Source: Tubulanus polymorphus (taxonomy: Eukaryota > Animalia > Nemertea). Taken from it: a DNA stretch of 64,000 nt. The position numbers and the translations under genes are program-made. The DNA lies in contig NC_134027.1 of NCBI RefSeq assembly GCF_964204645.1, positions 16,338,485 to 16,402,484 on the forward strand, written 5' to 3'. This document shows, piece by piece, positions 25,726 through 39,707 of this stretch (position 1 is the stretch's first letter; every line of letters starts with the position of its first letter). The notes below the pieces were generated by a model. It worked only from the letters and a program-made list of their open reading frames with translations, was not told the origin of the DNA and ran no database searches.

Positions 25726-27102
25726 AAATCTTGTTCGAATTAAAATCAATTCTGTTTGATCGAACAATACGCTTTTTGTTTGAACCAGAACTTTCGTTGA
25801 AATGAAAAACTTTTTGTCCTGGCAAAAAATTTGGTTGAGCGAAAACAATTTTTTTTGAACGAATGTTTGAATGAAAATAATTCTGTTGGATTGAACGAAA
25901 TACTTAATACTTTTGGTTCAGAGAAAAAACTTTCTACAATATACTTGTTCGAATGAAAAACTTAATGTTCTGACAAGACAATTCTGTTCAAATTAAAACC
26001 ATTCTGTTCGATCGAACAATTGTTCGAACGAATAAAATTGGTTCGAACGAAATAAATTTTGTACCGACGGAAGAATTTTCAAACGAAAGGTCTTTTGAAC
26101 GATAAAAAAAGATATTTCTGGGGCTCCGCAGTAACTTAAAGCCGGACGTAGGTCGGCCTTGCGACGCGATCCTCGCGTTGCATCGCAAGTTTCGGTGCAA
26201 GTCGGTTGCGATACGATTGTCAGCGACTGTGTGCAACTAGTTTCTGCCAGTCGCAAGGGCGCGTAGGTCGGATGTGACAGTCGTGTAGCGTCGCAGAAAG
26301 TAGAACACGTGCGACTCCTTGTGACTTGCGTTGCTGACAGTCGCAACCCGTCGCAAGGGAGCGTAGGTCGATGAGTCGTTGCGACACAATCGTCGCTGCA
26401 ATCGCAGGGAATGGTGTCGCAGTGAGTCACAAGCCGTCGCAAGGCCGACGAAATTTTCAAAAAAATGTTCATTTTTGGCAAGAAAATTGATAATTGTGAT
26501 TGATCGTTGCAAGTCACAACCAGTTAATCACTAATTAACATGCGTTTTAATAAATCTCATTCCTCCTTTACAGTGAACTAAGCTTTAACCTAGTAGAGGC
26601 TACTAGCCTATGTAGGCCTATGCATATGCGTAGGCCTAACATCCGGACAGATTGGTCGTAGGCCTATTGAATAACAACCCTCCTAAATATCGTAAATTTT
26701 GTTTTGAAGTTCAATGCACTTTATTTCTTCTTTCATATTCATCTAGCATTAAACATCATTACGTATGCGTCCCTTTATTGAAATTAGGTTAACTATCTCA
26801 ATATATCGATGTTACTAGGAAGACCTTATTTAAAATGTGATTCTTATGTCCACTTTTTGCGATATTGTCTCAATAAATTGCCATACAGATCACAACATTT
26901 TAGTTAAAGGAGTGATAGTTATGTCGACGGTACCGATTATGTTGAGATACAAACGTCGACATTGGTGAAAGGCGTGATATTAACACGATATATCGACTTA
27001 ATTATGTCGATAAATCGCCATATATCACGTTTGTTCAACATAATTTCATCGTGATAAAAGGTCGCGACGGTTTTGTACGGGTCCCATATATACGGAAGTA
27101 CG

Positions 27103-27479
27103 GAAGCGATAAAGGGCCTCGAGTTGTCGCGTTCCAACTCGAAAAAGTCGCCATGAATATATCGACGTATTGTGATGTTTTGACGACATATTTCATTTTC
27201 TCAACCATTTTCCTCGCAACAAGTCGACATAATCATGACAACTTGAAACTCAGTCGCCATATTACTGGCGTCCTCATCTTACATTTCGACGTGTCTTCAA
27301 ATGACGGCTTGTCCCGTGGAAAATGGATGGAAAAGCGAAATTTGTCGTGAAAACGTCACGATATGTCGCCATATTCATATCGACTATACGCGATATATCG
27401 CGATATATCGCTATATGTTGACATAAATATGGCGACTTGTTGAGTTGGAACGCGACAACTCAAGGCCCTTTATCGCTTT
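27103..27479. mobile_element. Foldback/MITE-like element with ~50-bp inverted arms
   Basis: aagcgataaagggcctcgagttgtcgcgttccaactc... versus ...gagttggaacgcgacaactcaaggccctttatcgctt; CpG-rich atatcgac repeats nearby. Confidence 0.6.
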
Positions 27480-27708
27480 TGACATATAAGCTTCCATACA
27501 TCTTTAGAAAAAGAAATAATATGTGATCTTTCATTAAGTAGGATCACTTGAATGATCGCTTTAATATCACTTTTTAAAAAAAAAGAATCTGCCAAAATGA
27601 CCTTAATATATTCGACACTATATCAGATTAATCGACTTCAAAATAGGCGAAAGCATAAATCTTTATTATGTTATTAATTGGTCTAATTATTCAAAAGCTA
27701 ATAAAGTG

Positions 27709-28595
27709 GGCGACAAAACCAAAAAAAATGAATTGTCGCGGGCGATAAAACCAAAATAATCAATTGTCGCGGGCGATAAAACCAAAATAATCAATTGTCG
27801 CCGGCGATAAAACCAAAATAATGAATTTTCGCGGGCTATAAAACCAAAATATTGAATTGTCGCGGGCGACAAATCAAAAAAAAAGAATTGTCGCGGGCTA
27901 TAAAACCAAAATATTGAATTGTCGCGGGCGACAAAACAAAAAAAAGAATTGTCGCGGGCGATAAAACCAAAATAATGAATTGTCGCGGGTGACAAAACCA
28001 AAATAATGAATTGTCGCCGGCGACAAAACCAAAATAATGAATTTTCGCGGGCTATAAAACCAAAATATTGAATTGTCGCGGGCGACAAAACAAAAAATAA
28101 AGAATTGTCGCGGGCTATAAAATCAAAATATTGAATTGTCGCGGGCGACAAAACAAAAAAAAGAATTGTCGCGGGCGATAAAACCAAAATAATGAATTGT
28201 CGCGAGTGACAAAACCAAAATAATGAATTGTCGCGGGCGACAAAACCAAAATAATGAATTTTCGCGGGCTATAAAACCAAAATATTGAATTGTCGCGGGC
28301 GACAAAACAAAAAATAAAGAATTGTCGCGGGCTATAAAATCAAAATATTGAATTGTCGCGGGCAACAAAACAAAAAAAAGAATTGTCGCGGGCGATAAAA
28401 CCAAAATAATGAATTGTCGCGGGTGACAAAACCAAAATAATGAATTGTCGCGGGCGACAAAACGAAAAAAAAAGAATTGTTGCGGGCGACAAAACCAAAA
28501 TAATGAATTGTCGCGGGCGACAAAACGAAAAAAAAAGAATTGTTGCGGGCGACAAAACCAAAATATTGAATTGTCGCGGGCGATAAAAACAAAAT
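27709..28595. repeat. 31-bp minisatellite array (aattgtcgcgggcgataaaaccaaaataatg)n
   Basis: Direct tandem units; produces the 31-aa periodic pseudo-ORFs on the minus strand. Confidence 0.95.
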
Positions 28596-28599
28596 AGTG

Positions 28600-29460
28600 A
28601 ATAGCCTTTGACAAGATACTTGTATTGATATATGGTATAACTAGATCAGTCATATGGTTCTCCACGGAGTGCACTTACAAAACGCTGGAAAACACATTTT
28701 CATTTATATCAACTAGGCGTATTAAGGGATTACTATGAAAATTGATAAACATGTACCTGGTTTTGAAAAACAACGAACACCTTACATAATTAGTTCCAAT
28801 TTTAACCACTAGGGGGCGTTTTCTCTAAAAAAAAAAAAAATTCCTGCATCTGCTTTTCGCATTTAAATCAGTGCGAATTAAAATCAGTTGTATATGCAAA
28901 ATCACAAAACTCGGTATTATAGTGAATAATCATATGTGCCCTATGCCATCCAGCATGATAGTTCATACAACTGCCACCAGGGGACTGTGAAGGCACCATT
29001 TTTGCTCCTAGCTCCTTAACTGTTGGCGATAGAACCATGGTTGTAATGTGCGGTCAGAAGCCCTTGACGAGACGCTTGTATGATTTGACTAGTTATCTCA
29101 TATGGTTCTCCAGGAGAGCCACCTACAAATCACTGGAAATGCGTTTTCACTGATATATACACTTAGCAAATTAAGGGATTTCTATGAAAATTGATACACA
29201 TATACCTGGATATGAAATACAACGAACCCTCACATAAATAGTTCCTATTCAAACCACTAAGCAGCATAAATTTTGAAAACTCACTATAGCATCCATTTTC
29301 CGAGTGTAATTACACCATTTTATTATAGATATCATAAAACCTGGTGTGAGTTCATGTACATATAGCATGCTAACCAGCTAAATTAGTTCATACAACTGCC
29401 ACTCAGGAATGGTAAAAACATTGTATCACCATTATTCTCCAAGTAATTTTCCCCAAACTT
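28600..29460. repeat. Degenerate ~450-bp tandem duplication
   Basis: catatggttctcc at 28651 and 29099; ttaagggatt.ctatgaaaattgata and tagttcatacaactgccac each occur twice. Confidence 0.7.
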
Positions 29461-29801
29461 GGTACATTAGTACTTTGCACTTAGTAGCAGTGTTCTACAT
29501 TAGGGGTTTTTAAGGGCCGGCCCGCCCCTTTAATTTTCATGGCTGACCCTGTAGCTGACATCGTTTGAAAATCCTTCAGTGACGATCTTCGGTTTGTATC
29601 ACCAGCTAATATTTCTCCTACACATAAACAAGCATTACCGGAATATCAATAATTGTATAAATAGTGAGTCAGACAAACGCTTCATGTCATAAAAACTTAT
29701 TACGTTCGTCAATAATTGTAGAAGCGGCTCACGCACGGAGCCACGCGGCGCCGCTCAGGTAGGCCAATAAATATTCTGGGATTTCCAGGCATGTTAAAAA
29801 T

Positions 29802-30566
29802 AACTAGGGGTCCAGGAACACCATGCCCACTTGGAAAGTGGTTTCAAATGCTCAACAATCTACCAATTTCAATATATAAAGCCCCCTGGTGACCATATAC
29901 AAAACATATACAATGACCTTGAAACCCACCCATTCATAGAACATGTCAGCAACTACGATTTCGTAATTGATTGTGATAACTCAATATGTCTCGTTACCAA
30001 TTCAATATGGAAATACTAAGTAACTCTACTATTTGACACCCCCTGGTGACCATATGCAAAACCCAATCACCACAATCATGTCATGAATTACAACTTTGCA
30101 ATTGATCGTGGTAACAAAATATGCCTAGGTACAAATCTAATAAGGCAATACTAAGTTATTCTACTATTCAACGCCCCCTGGTGACTATATAGAATGACAA
30201 ATGTCCGTAAAAACTCACCACAATCATAGACGATGTCATGAACTACAACTTTGCAATTGATCATGGTAACAAAATATGCCGAGGTACCAATCTAATAAGG
30301 ATATAATAAGTTATTTCACTATTCCACGCCCCCTGGTGACCATATAGAATCACTAATGTCCTTTAAACTCACCAAATTCATAGGAAGATGTCATGAGCTA
30401 CAACTTTGCAATTGATTGTGGTAACAAAATATGCACAGGTAAAAATATAATATCGAAATACTAAGTTATTGTATTATTCAACGCCTCCTGGTGGCCATAT
30501 ATGAAAACCAATTACCTCGAATCTCACGAAAATCATAGAACACGTGGGCTACAACTTTCCAATTGA
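29802..30566. mobile_element. Helentron-like family B half-copy with ~154-bp satellite, interrupted by the Zator-like element
   Basis: Starts aactaggggtccagg..caccatgcccacttgg; about five satellite units. Confidence 0.75.
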
Positions 30567-30569
30567 TTA

Positions 30570-33500
30570 GGCCCTTCAAAATTGATACCTTGTTTCTCAT
30601 CAAATCGCGAAGCCACCCGCGTCACTCCCGATAGCCAAAATAAAAAGAAAATAATAAAGTCCGAAACCCGCATCAGATTAGTTACGGTCGTCTCTTTTTT
30701 AATAAAATAAAAATACCTCACGCGCGTGTGATGGAAGAGGGTTGTACAGTCGTCTTTTTTATGCATATCGTTTTTGGCGATAATTAGTACGACCATGTGT
30801 GGAGTCACTTCCTGCTTTCAAAAAATCATGAGATGAAAAATGTTGTTTTCTGTGGAAATTAAGTGTGATAAAACGTCATTCCTCGAGTGGACAATCGTAA
30901 ATCTATAACTGGAGCACACTGTCGAAGAGGCCGTTGTATATTTACTGACAGAGTGCCATGATTTCGAACGGGGTGAATGCTTGAGACAGCTACAACAAGA
31001 TTTCTACAACAGAAATATTCATGACGATGTTGACGGTCATTCTTTTAAAGCCTACGTTAGTCATGACCAGTGTAGTAAATTCCAGTCATTGCCATTGTCA
31101 AGTAACATTCAAGACATATCAACATTTGGAAAATATTTGAGAATAGTTTTCTCGCTTCCTAAACAAGGCAATGCCAATGATGAGCCAACAAATCACACAT
31201 TTACCACACAGATGACTGCTGCACAAAGAACTACTTGGCCTGAGCAATATGATCCAGTAAGAAACAAAAAGCAGATGTACAATCACTTGTTGCTACTGAA
31301 GTCGAGCGGTATGCCTGGGTGGAAGACGACACATCTAAATTATGGAACCAACTTCATAAATACCCTACTAGATGTCATGTGGTTGATTGATGGTCATCAG
31401 GTAGGTTAAGCACCGGTATTGTTTAAATTTTATTGACAGTCACCACCAATTTTGCTATCAATATGCCGAAAATGTGCGCGCCTCTGCTCAAACAAATTAA
31501 TATCCTGCAAAATGATGTCTCAATTCACAAAATGCCCGATGTTGCTCCAAATGGTACCAAAATGCGGTCTAGCCTTGCCGAAACATCAGGTATTTGTGAT
31601 AATCATATTATCTAAGCTACATCTAAAATAGATCTGAAATTGAAAACTCCCTGATGATATGGGTTTGAAATGGAACTGTTCTTGATAGTCAGCACTCTGT
31701 ATGTACCTCTGCGTGTACTGGGACATGTTGTTTATCTGGTGTTATTCTTTTCAGGAAAAAATGTCTGCTCGTGGTTGTAAGCTACCTGGAATCCTAGCAG
31801 CGCTGAATGGTTACAACTGTCCAGAGAAACACAAGCATTCTAGACCAAAACTGAATGAGACAGAGCTTTCTACTTCTGTTCAGTTATTGTTCAAGACTTT
31901 ACAACAAGTAGGTACCTGTGTTAATACAATATCTCAGAATTAATAAACCTTACGGTACTGTATGTGGCGTATTTTTCCATGGTTTAAAGTTTGTCTATGA
32001 AACAAACACTCTTAGTTGTCCAAGTATGTCCTGGCCGTAGCTAATGCTTGATACTTCCATATACAATGTTAATCTGTGCTTTTATAACAGGTTTCTTATT
32101 TCTGAAGTGACAAGGGTCTAGGTCATTGGTTCTTCTGATTCTTTGGGTTTAGAACTCTAAACCGAAGGGGTTTTATTTTCTCAAGGTGGTTGTATTTGTA
32201 AATTTTAAAAAATTAGTTTTATTTTTAGAATTGGATACTGTCTGATAAATGGGAGAGACTCAAAACTGTGGTTGAGGAATTACGCAATGTTTGGAAAATA
32301 TGCTTCATATTTGAGAAGAAAGAATGAGGAAGTCACTGAAAATCATCATTCCTTGGAGGCAACTCGTAATAAAACAGATGCAGGTCGTACTGCCATTTTA
32401 CCACAGGGACTTCCTTTCACTAAAAGACAAAATGAATAAGTAGAAAATTTGTACGACTTACTCTGTGAAAAGGCATGTTATGAACATATTTTCATTAATC
32501 AGTTTTTGCCAGATGACCATAAAATAAGGTATGAGGCCATATCAAGCTTGTGAAAATCTGGCCTAATTTTCTCTTGTTGTTTGTATACATATAGTACAGG
32601 TAACAACCTTGGTTCCCTGCATTTCCTATGGATAATCAATGATGAAGATGAGAATATTTTGGATAAAAATTTCAAAATAGTTGTTGAGTTAGCCAATATG
32701 ATGCCAGAGTATCATACCAGGGAAATGCGAAAATCAGTGCAAAAATGGTTGGATCTTTGGTCAAAATAAAACCCATGGAGTTTCGATCTATATACAAAGT
32801 TCTAACCGGTGACAATTCTGGATCATGTAGTGCTGAGCAAGCTGAAATTGATGCCAGGGTTAGGCTTGCATAATTTGATGGGTGTATAGATGTAGTTACT
32901 GATTTGAGTGAATTAAATCAGGGTAAGAAGGCTATATATGAGACGAGTAACAAAGTAGTTGATGATCGCCGACATGGCATAGTGTGCCATACTGCTTCAG
33001 CCCTGTCTGTTGCACAGCTGTGTCATGAAGTTACCGACAGGTGTCCACCAGATACCCCTTTACCATCTGAGGAGTGGATTAGACTCCAATTTTGGCCCAA
33101 AGACCCCTGTGCCAAAACTGCCCTGCAGCACACTGGTAGGCTTAAATTTAAGTACATGGTCCAAAAATGTCAGGGCAACTCACGTTGACATGCACTACTG
33201 TGCAGCACTTTTCAAATATGAGAGAGAAATGGCCATCAAGTATCATTAAGAATGCCACTTCATCTCAATTGATGATAAGCATAAATGTAAAGTTGGGGAA
33301 CCTGGCTACCCTGAAGCAGCATGCAAGAGGGGTCGCCAAGTGATAGTCTCATTAGATTCTAGCTTTGATGGCGATCATGACTTCACGAAGTTCGGTTTAA
33401 TCCCCAGTGTCTGTTTGCTTGTTGACATCCCAGGTGATATAACTGAATCTTTCTATAGAGGTAAAGTATTTGTTTCATTGAAAGATTCAGTGTTTGAGGC

Positions 33501-34900
33501 ATCCAGCCCTATGCGACATGCTACGGAAATGCACAGCATTACAAATCCGAAGAACTGAAGCTCATTTTATTTATCTATTCAGATGGTGGGCCTGATCACA
33601 GGTTAAATTATATTACAGTCCAGTTATCATACTTATGCTTATTTATGCAATTGGATTTGGACACGTTAGTGGCAGTAAGAACGGCCCCACATAATTCTTG
33701 GGCTAATCCCATCGAAAGAATTATGTCGATAACGAACATTGGGCTTCAGTGCGTTGGTTTGATGCAGGAAAAAGCCTCTGAAAATGTTGAGATACTTGTA
33801 AAAACATGTAATACAATGAAAGATATAAGAGATGTTTCTGAAAAGAATACTGGGACAAAGGAAGCCCTCATGGAGACCAGTAAAGGATCTGCTGGGGTCT
33901 GTGATCAGTAAACTGAGGCTTAATGATGAAAGTTTCAGTGTTATATTAGCAGCCACTCCGGGAGAAATTGATGAGTTCTTTAGTGTTATAAAGGACCTTG
34001 ATGAAGCCCTTGGGTTTGACGATACGTCTGCTGTAAAAAAGAGTAAGAAAATAACTGATATGCTTAAACACTGTAGTCAGATTGGAAGGTATAGTTTCTG
34101 TTTGAAGTGTGGTGTGTTTGGAGTGCAGACTTCCAAGACTTGCCCAAGATGAATTTGCTAAACTGAGCTTCCTACCATTCCCAACCATACAACCAGATAG
34201 TGACCACTATAAACCATTTTCAGAGGTGTATGGGACTAAAACTAAAGATGATGCTCCATCAACAAAGGTCGTTAAGCCCAGGGCTCATCTCATCCCATTT
34301 AGTCCCACAGCCCAGACAGCGAAAAATTTTGGGGAAGTAGCAGTATGTATAGAATGCAACAAACCACGAGTTGTCTATGCTTCCCACAAACTTACTGTTG
34401 CTGAGAGAGACACGGTCAGTGTTATTCTAGACTCAGAGTTTTATGTCTGTGGCACTTTGATGTCGGACATAATTCAGTCAGTCAGTTCAGATGACAATTC
34501 AAACATCGGTGACCTCAGTACAAAGGTATATGTAAGGGCAAATCTTTCATGCATCTTACCTATTGAGGTGCCTTACTATAGTAGCCAACTATATAAGATA
34601 TATGCACAAACTGTGCATCTGATGATAAGTTGTGTACTGCACCTGGAATGCTCAACATGTATCCTATTTGTGTTTTCTAGGAAAGTTTGGCCACGTACGC
34701 AAACGCAAAAGAAAACTGATGGATCCAACCACCACTGATAAGTATTTAAGTTGGTATACATTATGCAAAACTTATGTTTTCAAGTAAATTTTGTACTGCA
34801 TTTATTGAACATTATAAATGATGTACTGTAGCATTTAGTTAAAATAATCTAGTAGAAGAGATCTTCATAAATTGTGATAATAAATCAATAAATAATAATA
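30570..34900 (+). mobile_element. Zator-like DNA transposon, decayed intron-containing transposase gene
   Basis: Begins TTA|GGCCCTTC (TWA target and GG terminus). Motifs VDDRRHG, WIRLQFWP, ISIDDKHK.KVGEPG, DHDFTK, SDGGPDHR and APHNSWANPIERIMS; C-terminal CIECNKPR; many stops and frameshifts. Right TIR not found, so the end coordinate is approximate. Confidence 0.72.
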
Positions 34901-35439
34901 AGCCAATAAACCAGTCAATCGAAAGAAAAATGAGCACAGTGTTCCTTGTTGATGATCATTGATAGCCATGACGTTCATATTTTTCGTACAATCTTTATTC
35001 TTATATAGGGGAACAATTTAATTTAGTGTGCATGCAATATACAAATTCAGTATTAAATATAGCTGCAAAGCAGCGATAACGGGTTTTCTGCACAGTCTTA
35101 GAATCCTGTTCAACGGTGGATTTCAACAAAGCATTTGATAAGGCTCAACATCAGCCATTACTAAAGAGGCTATTAGGAAACAGTATCAATGATAGGTCGC
35201 CCAAATGGCTCAGCAGTTATCTCTGAACGGAAACTTGTAACCGAAATCAACGGAACGCCTCATCTTGGAATGAGACGGTTTAACTAGTGGAGTCACGCAA
35301 GGTAGTATCCTAAGTCGTCTTCTGTTTAATGTCCTGACAAATGACATACACAGTAATCCAAAATATACCAGACCGAGTAAATTTCCAAAACGACCTTAAC
35401 ACACTGTTCGACCAAAAAACTTAATGTTCCGACAAAACC

Positions 35440-38400
35440 TCGGGGACAAAACCAAAATTATGAATTGTCGCGGGTGACAAAACCAAAATATTGAATTGTC
35501 ACGGGCGACAAAACAAAAATAATGAATTGTCGCGGGCGATAAAACCAAAATAATGAATTGTTGCGGGCGATAAAACCACAATAATGAATTGTCGCGGGCG
35601 TTAAAACCAAAATATTGAATTGTCGCGGCGATAAAACCAAAATAATGAATTGTCGCGGACGACAAAAACAAAATATTGAATTGTTGCGTGCGACAAAACC
35701 AGAATAATGAATTGTCGTGGTCCAGGGACACCATGCTCACTTGGGAAGTCGTTTCAAATGCTCAACAATCTAACAATTTCAATACACAACGCCCTCTAGT
35801 GACCATATACAAAAACCAATGACCTTGAAACCCACCACAATCATAGAACATGTGAGCAGCTATGATTTTGTAATTGATTGTGATAACAAAATATGCCTCC
35901 TTACCAATTTAATATGGAAATACTAAGTTATTCTACTATTCAACGCCCCTGATGACCATATGCAAAACCCAATGACCTTAAAACTCACCACAATTGTAGT
36001 ACATGTCATGAAATACAACTTTGCAATTGATCATAGTAACAAAATATGCCTAGGTACCAATCTAATAAGGAAATACTAAGCCATTCTACAATTCAACGCC
36101 CCCTGGTGACTCTATGGAATAACTAATGTCCTTAAAAACTCACCACAATCATAGACGATGTCATGATCTACAACTTTGCAATGGATCATGGTAACAAACT
36201 ATGCCTAGGTACCAATCTAATAAGGAAAAACTAAGCTTTTCTACTATTCAAAGCCGCCTGGTGACTATATGAAATAACTAATGTCCTTAAAAACTCACCA
36301 CAATCATAGACGATGACATGAACTACAACGCAATTGATCATGGTAACAAAATATGCCTTGGTACAAATATAATATAGCAATACTAAGTTATTGTATTATT
36401 CAACGCCCCCTGATGGCCACATACTAAAACCAATGACCTTGAAACTCACCAAAATCATAGAACACGTTATGGGCTACAACTTTCCAATTGAATATAGTAA
36501 CACAATAGGCTTAGGTATCGATTTAATGTGGAAAAACTTTTTCCCACCTACGAATGAGCACTGATGACACCAAGATGGCCGCCAATTGCGTCATAATTGG
36601 CTGATCAAAAATACCTGTCCCAGGTATAAAATGTCCCTCTCTAAGGAATACCCATCAGCAATTGCAATGAGAAATGGCAAACCAGTAGGGAGCTACAGGA
36701 CCTAGAATTCTGGCCAAAATTGACATTTTTGGGCACTAAAAAGGTCATAGGACGGCCATCTTGAGTCAGATCGACCCAATTTTCTTATGCTGATGGGTCT
36801 TTGGTAGATTCAAATATAAACGAAAGATCAAGGTAATTGATCAAAGCGTCTTCAAAATTTCCCACGAAAACTTCGAAAATGTTTAAAAAGTGCTGATTTT
36901 GGCAAACAACAATGGCTGCCAGTCGGCCATCTTGAATCTGACAGGGCCAGTTTTTGGGCTGACAATGTGTCTAGGGTAGATACATGTATAAACCAAATAT
37001 CAAGACATTACCTTGAAGCGTCTTCAAAACTTCCCAAAATAACTGGATTCCGTCTATGGACGGACGAAAAGTGAACACAATAGCCCGCTGGGACTCAAGT
37101 CCCAAGTGGACTGAAAAAGAACAAAACCAAACTAATGAATTGTCGCGGGCGATAAAACCAAAATAATGAATTGTCTCGGGCGACAAAACCAAAATAATGA
37201 ATTGTCGCGGACGATAAAAACAAAATATTGAATTGTCGCGGGCGATAAAACCAGAATAATGAATTATCGCGGGCGATAAAACAAAAATATTGAATTGTCG
37301 CGGGCGATAAAACCAAAATAATGAATTGTCTCGGGCGATAAAACCAAAATAATGAATTATCGCGGGCGATAAAACCAAAATAATGAATTATCGCGGGCGA
37401 TAAAACCAAAATATTGAATTGTCGCGGGCGATAAAACCAAAATAAAGAATTGTCGCGGGCGACAAAACCATAATATTGAATTGTCGCGGGCGACAAAACC
37501 ACAAAAAAAAATTGTCGTGGGCGACAAAAACAAAGTATAAAACCAAAATAATGAATTGTCGCGGGCGTCAAAACCAAAAACAAGAAATGTCGCGGGCGAC
37601 AAAACCAAAATAATGAATTGTCGCTGGAGATAAAACCAAAGTAATGAATTGTCGTGGGCGATAAAACCAAAATATTGAATTGTCGCGGGCGACAAAACCA
37701 AAGTAATGAATTGTCGCGGGCGACAAAACCAAAATGGTGAATTGTCGCGGGCGAAAAAAACCAAACTAATGAATTGTCGCGGGCGATAAAACCAAAATAA
37801 TGAATTGTTGCGGGCGATAAAACTAAAATAATGAATTGTCTCGGGGGACAAAACCAAAATAATGAATTGTCGCGGGCGATAAAACCAAAATAATGAATTA
37901 TCGCGGGCGATAAAACCAAAATATTGAATTGTCGCGGGCGATAAAACCAAAATAATGAAATGTCGCGGGCGACAAAACCAAAAAAAGAATTGTCGGGGCG
38001 ACAAAACCAAAATAATGAATTGTCGCGGGCGATAAAACCAAAATAATGAATTGTCGCGGGCGATAAAACCAAAATAATGAATTGTCGCGGGCGATAAAAC
38101 CAAAATAATGAATTGTCGCGGGCGACAAAACCAAAATGGTGAATTGTCGCGGGCAACAAACCCAAAATAATGAATTGTCGCGGGCGATAAAACCGTAATA
38201 ATGAATTGTCGCGGGCGATAAAACCAAAATAATGAATTTTCTCAGGCGACAAAACCAAAATAATGGATTATCGCGGGCGATAAAACCAAAATATTGAATT
38301 GTCGCAGGTGATAAAACCAAAATATTGAATTGTCGCGGGCGACAAAACCAAAATATTGAATTGTCGCGGGCGACAAAACCAAAATAGAAAATTGTCGCGG

Positions 38401-38585
38401 GCGACAAAAACAAAATACAAAACCAAAATAATGAATTGTCGCGGGCGACAAAACTAAAAAGAAGAATTGTCGCGGGCGACAAAACCAATATAATGCATTG
38501 TCGCTGGCGATTAAACCAAAGTAATGAATTGTCGTGGGCGATAAAACCAAAATAATGAATTGTCGCGGGCGACAAAATCAAAATC
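35440..38585. repeat. 31-bp minisatellite array (35440-35718 and 37120-38585), split by a family B element
   Basis: Same unit as 27709-28595. Confidence 0.95.
35719..37117. mobile_element. Helentron-like family B, near-complete copy
   Basis: gctcacttggga near one end, five ~154-bp units, core, ggacggacg tract and terminal hairpin. Confidence 0.78.
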
Positions 38586-39618
38586 ATTGTTTTCTCGCGT
38601 TATTTTAGTTTTGTCGTTTTGTCGTAATGTCGCCCTCATTTGCATATTCGTGTTTTTTTACCTTATCAGCCACCATACTAAAGCTTTAAGGTCGCGTAAA
38701 ACTCGATAAACACTTCAAGCGACACAGCGAACGATCTCCTTTCCCCACAGCGAACGCTTACTCCGAATGTCAAGTGTGAGTCCAGCATACGGATAGGAGT
38801 GTGTTATATACTTGTATTTAGTAAATACCTTGTGGATTTGACAATTATCGGTATGTACTGTAGGAAATATAGAGTACTGATGGTATTGATATAGAGGCCC
38901 GCGGCCGAATAAAGGAATATATTCTTTTATTTTGATACCTCGTCGACATAACAGCTTTTCTCCGCTATATCTCTTCGGCGTGTTTAGTTTAGGCCTTCGA
39001 CTCCCCGGTACACTAATGATTTATCTTAGTAAAAACACGGTAATTTTGGTTAAGAAAAATAGGTATTGCTCAATTAACTGCTTGACGCCCGCAGCCAAAT
39101 CACTGTTAGTAATATATTAATTTGTACTCGATTTGATTCTCAGAATAAGGAGAAACTCGCAGCGTATTCCCGGAACGACGATGTAGTGACACACGTCGAT
39201 TTGTCGATGTTTACGGCTCGACAGTGCATTTAAAATCTAAAGGAGTAAATTTCCTGTGTATTGGTATTATAATTTGATGAGGAAAATGGGTTATTGTTAT
39301 AATTAGTTTTTAAAAACCGCGACAGAATGTGCAATCTTTGGGTAATAAATTTGTTAATTTATGCTTGAATTGATAATCGATGTGACAAGAAACGTGCGGT
39401 AGATTTCGGAAAAACGACTTAGAAAAACATTTCGGCTCTTTGAATGGGGCTCAATTTTCGATGTTTACGGCCCGACAGTGCTTTTGTAACGTTGAATCTT
39501 CAAAATTTGCACGGAGTATTTGTAGATCGAAGTTAGCTGAATGATATCAAACGGATTGTATCGGCAAGAGCGGTAATGTAAAAAAGCCTATGTACTTTTG
39601 ACAAAAAATGTGTGGAAA

Positions 39619-39619
39619 A

Positions 39620-39654
<35 letters not shown>

Positions 39655-39707
39655 GAAACACGCGAATCTCAATAGGGTTTTCTGTGATGTAACAGAAAAC
39701 CCTAATA
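39619..39707. repeat. (AAT)n followed by hairpin tagggttttctg..cagaaaacccta (similar ends at ~6455-6540 and ~8230-8266)
   Basis: Direct read; a recurrent stem-loop terminus of a further repeat family. Confidence 0.65.

Noticed and set aside
25988-26517. Overlapping ORFs in a GC-richer patch
   Set aside because: Built from gtcgca/tgcgac repeats typical of a non-coding transposon fragment.
27709-28595. CRISPR-like appearance of the 31-bp repeats (and the 154-bp repeats)
   Set aside because: Units are directly adjacent with no unique spacers, there are no cas genes, and the context is eukaryotic.
36971-38587. Long minus-strand ORFs (up to 387 aa), also 27687-28674 and 35396-35740
   Set aside because: Artefacts of the 31-bp minisatellite, which lacks stops on that strand; the same 31-aa repeat appears in all three frames.
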